Assembly: GCA_951813565.1 (NCBI GenBank) | Contig: OX638351.1 | Location: forward strand, 1,440,001-1,504,000 | Origin: an uncultured Poribacteria bacterium | Lineage (GTDB): Bacteria; Poribacteria; WGA-4E; WGA-3G | Length of the DNA stretch: 64,000 bases | Direction of reading: 5' to 3' | Part shown: piece by piece, positions 60,917 through 64,000 of the stretch | Layout of the letters: each line of letters begins with the position of its first letter | Numbering within the stretch: the first letter of the stretch is position 1 | Position numbers and translations under genes: made by a program | Notes under the pieces: generated by a model | Told to the model about the DNA's origin: nothing | Seen by the model: only the letters and a program-made list of their open reading frames with translations | The model's database searches: none

Positions 60917-61714
60917 CTATAAAAATTCATTGGGAATCTGTGAACTGGGGTAGTCCTTGTTTTCATCTCGATTCAAAACGGGTTCAGGAATTTCGTCGTT
61001 CCAATAGTCTGGAATAGTGTTTGGACGGCTAATCCATACGAGAAGCATTGTGCGTCGTTCGTCCGTATAGTTTTTTCGGACTGAATGCAGAAGGCGTGCG
61101 TCTCGCATCACTAATGAACCTGCCTTAACACATACATCCACCTGATCTGGATGGTCACTGAACATCACAGAATATTCTTCTTTAGATTCTGATCCTGGTT
61201 TTCGGACATTACTGAGTTCGCTTGCATAGAGAAGTTTGTCGTGCAAATCAATGCGCTTGTAATGCGTGCTCGGAATAACCTTTAAACATCCGTTTTCTGG
61301 TGTTGTATCGGTGAGATAATACTTCATAAAGATATGTTGCGGCCAAGGGGCATAACTAATTGGATCATTCCAATAGAACCAATCTTGATGCCAATAGAGT
61401 GGAGGTGCTCCTGGATCTTTCGTCAGAATGGTGATACCTCCGGCGACTGGGAAATCGCCAAATCCCATTTTTTCTAATGCCTTGAGAGTAGGGTGCCATT
61501 CTAACAGTCTCTGAATGAGAGTATTATCTTCGCTTGTAACTTGTAGATGATGTCCATGATATCTGGTATGGTCTGGTTGCACATAATTAGCGAGAAGTCG
61601 TTCCGATTCGTCACGGAGTTCCTGTAGGAATGCATCTGTGAGAATGTTGTCAATGACACAGAAACCATCGCGAATCATTTGCTCGCGTTTTTGTAAAGCG
61701 ACTTCAGAAGTCAT
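60917..61714 (-). CDS. Phytanoyl-CoA dioxygenase (PhyH) family protein
   Basis: LYWHQD, NGCLKVIPSTH, DARLLH..N..DERR. Confidence 0.9.
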   Translation of the reverse strand: MTSEVALQKREQMIRDGFCVIDNILTDAFLQELRDESERLLANYVQPDHTRYHGHHLQVTSEDNTLIQRLLEWHPTLKALEKMGFGDFPVAGGITILTKDPGAPPLYWHQDWFYWNDPISYAPWPQHIFMKYYLTDTTPENGCLKVIPSTHYKRIDLHDKLLYASELSNVRKPGSESKEEYSVMFSDHPDQVDVCVKAGSLVMRDARLLHSVRKNYTDERRTMLLVWISRPNTIPDYWNDEIPEPVLNRDENKDYPSSQIPNEFL

Positions 61715-62094
61715 TAAAGTTCTCCATAGAGTTTATACTAAACTTTGGACAATTTTATAGTAAAACCCATAATTACTGTATACACCAACGCAATGGCTAG
61801 GTTCCTAGCGGAAACACCCAAGCAAAACACCTCGCCAGCGGCGATGAGCGTTTACTTCATGAAAACCTGTCTACATGTTTCGATCTTTACTATAAATTGT
61901 CGAAACCTTAGTATATTATATCATTCTTCTCTAAAATTGACAGCTTTTTCTTCTATTCTTCATTTTGTAGCACGAACTGTTCCTTTGTGGCCACGCGTGT
62001 CGCAAACTAAATGGTCCTGCTGTGCCTCTATTTTACCTTGAAAGATCTACCGGAATATGCTATGCTGTAGACATCACAAATCGAAGGGAATATT

Positions 62095-63519
62095 TTGATG
62101 TCTCATTCAAGCAAAAAACGACCTAACCTCATTTATGTTTTCGCAGATCAACTCCGCTATCAATCATGTGGCTACGCAGGGGATACCCGCGCGCGTACGC
62201 CAAACATCGACCGACTTGCCACAGATGGAGCGAATTTCTGTAACGCAGTCTCTGGTAGTCCGATGTGTGCACCTTACCGTGCCTCGTTATTCACTGGCAA
62301 ATATGCAAGTAGCACTGGCATGGCAATCAATGAACTCCGCATGAACCCAAACCATGACTGTTTCGGACACGTTTTGCATCGCAACGGTTATCAGACAAGT
62401 TATATCGGAAAGTGGCACTTGTGGGCAAATCAGTTGGGAAAACATCACGACCCTCAGAATTCGTATATTCCGCCAGGAGCGCATCGACTCGGTTTTGATG
62501 GAGAGTGGTCAGCATACAATTTCCATCATACCTATTTCGACACATATTATCATAAAGATAGTCCAGAAAAGATTACGATTCCCGGTTATGAACCGGATGG
62601 ACAGACAGATTTAGCGATTGACTATCTTCAACGCGCATCAAAAGAAGACAATCCTTTCGCACTTTTCCTCTCAATAGGCACACCGCATGACCCGTGGACA
62701 CAGAACAACGTTCCGAGTGTTTATTATGAGATGTTCCAAGATGCTGACTTCCCGTTACCACCGAACTATAAAGAAGAAAACGACCCTTATGGCGATACGT
62801 GGGCAATGATGTCCGCGGGAAACCGTGCTAAATTACCTGAATGGATGCGTGTTTATTACGCAATGACGACTAATTTGGATTGGAATATCGGTAGGTTGCT
62901 GCAAGCTATTGATGAACTCGGATTACGGGACGACACTATCTTTGTGTTTACCTCTGACCATGGTGAGATGTTCGGTGCGCAGGGACGCAAGGCAAAGAAT
63001 ATCTTTTATGAAGAAGCGGTGCGTATTCCGTTTCTTGTCCGTTGGGACAGCCAAATTCCGAATGGATATGTCACGGACGCATGCTTAAATACACCGGACA
63101 TCATGCCAACGCTACTGTCAATGATGGAGCTGCCAATTCCAAAAGATGTTGAAGGTTCAGATCTCAGTCTGGCAGCATTTAATCACCCCTTCAATGAACC
63201 AGAGGCTGCGTTTATGCAAGGAATGGGATGTACAGCGAAATGGGAAGATGGTTACGAATGGCGAGCCCTCCGAACAAAGCAGCATACTTATGCTGTTCAC
63301 CGTCCTGATGGATGTGAGAAGCTTTTTGACAATGTGGCTGACCCATTCCAAACCCGTAATTTAGCAGATGACACTGCATCGGCAGCGTTTCGAGATGATC
63401 TCCGTGAGATGTTAAAGCAACGCATGAATGCGCTTAACGATACCTTTGAAGCATGCACGTGGTATCGGGACAATTGGACAGAGGATCGGATTATTCTAAG
63501 AACAGCAACGCTGAAATAG
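62095..63519 (+). CDS. Sulfatase
   Basis: PNLIYVFADQ, CAPYR, GKWH, PHDP, TSDHG. Confidence 0.92.
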   Translation: MMSHSSKKRPNLIYVFADQLRYQSCGYAGDTRARTPNIDRLATDGANFCNAVSGSPMCAPYRASLFTGKYASSTGMAINELRMNPNHDCFGHVLHRNGYQTSYIGKWHLWANQLGKHHDPQNSYIPPGAHRLGFDGEWSAYNFHHTYFDTYYHKDSPEKITIPGYEPDGQTDLAIDYLQRASKEDNPFALFLSIGTPHDPWTQNNVPSVYYEMFQDADFPLPPNYKEENDPYGDTWAMMSAGNRAKLPEWMRVYYAMTTNLDWNIGRLLQAIDELGLRDDTIFVFTSDHGEMFGAQGRKAKNIFYEEAVRIPFLVRWDSQIPNGYVTDACLNTPDIMPTLLSMMELPIPKDVEGSDLSLAAFNHPFNEPEAAFMQGMGCTAKWEDGYEWRALRTKQHTYAVHRPDGCEKLFDNVADPFQTRNLADDTASAAFRDDLREMLKQRMNALNDTFEACTWYRDNWTEDRIILRTATLK

Positions 63520-63595
63520 ATTTATACACAGCTTTCAAGCGGACTATTTTGTTATGGAGTGCTTACTGGGAGTTAGTCAATTTCCATAGAAATTT

Positions 63596-64000
63596 TTAAT
63601 ACCACACCGCTTTATCTACAACGTTCTGTAATGGTTCGCCCGCAGCGAATTGACGCGCGTTTTCTAAAAGAATCTCAAAGTGGCGTTCCGAGATATTTTC
63701 CGCATCCTTAACGGCAATATGTGGCGTTATTAGGACATTAGGCATTTGCCACAGCGGACTTTCGGCAGGCAAAGGTTCAACTTCAAAAACATCTAATCCA
63801 CATCCTGCAATAGTTCCTTGCTCAAGTGCTTCAATAAGGTCAGCGAGTTTTGTTGTTTTACCACGACCAATGTTGATGAAATAAGCTGTCTTTTTCATGA
63901 GTGCGAAGCGATTTTTGTGCCACATCCCTTCCGTTTCTGGTGTGTGAGGTGTCGTAACTATCACAAAGTCGGCAAACGGAAGGAGCGAGTCTAATTCTGA
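63596..64000 (-). CDS. D-2-hydroxyacid dehydrogenase (5' part outside window)
   Basis: FINIGRG, LDVFEVEPLP, VLITPH. Confidence 0.85.
   Translation of the reverse strand, partial: SELDSLLPFADFVIVTTPHTPETEGMWHKNRFALMKKTAYFINIGRGKTTKLADLIEALEQGTIAGCGLDVFEVEPLPAESPLWQMPNVLITPHIAVKDAENISERHFEILLENARQFAAGEPLQNVVDKAVWY

Overview
Bacterial chromosomal window. The gene mix (PhyH dioxygenases, sulfatases, Gfo/Idh/MocA oxidoreductases, C-terminally extended ECF sigma factors, REP-rich intergenic DNA) resembles Candidatus Poribacteria, but this assignment is an inference. Region 1-23 kb is an export/sensing locus. It holds three A/B pairs of large-ectodomain ABC-2 permeases, a single ABC ATPase, a repeat/NEW3-like membrane-anchored protein and a TolC. 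It also has two ECF sigma factors with fused domains: one a beta/gamma-crystallin, the other an apparently catalytically dead M61 peptidase plus PDZ. A shared ECF promoter motif (TGCAACC-N16/17-CGWCT) links several of these genes. Region 23-59 kb interleaves metabolic genes with defence genes: a type II-like R-M pair, an orphan methyltransferase, a complete SspBCDE+SspA phosphorothioation system, a duplicated RelE/HigB-HTH TA cassette bounded by four copies of a phyH 3' end, a T5orf172-membrane-vWA operon and a HEPN-PemK pair. Intergenic regions are crowded with GTAG-REPs, several MITE families with TSDs, and a ~35-bp hairpin element that inserts into REPs and into itself. No rRNA, tRNA or CRISPR array was recognised.
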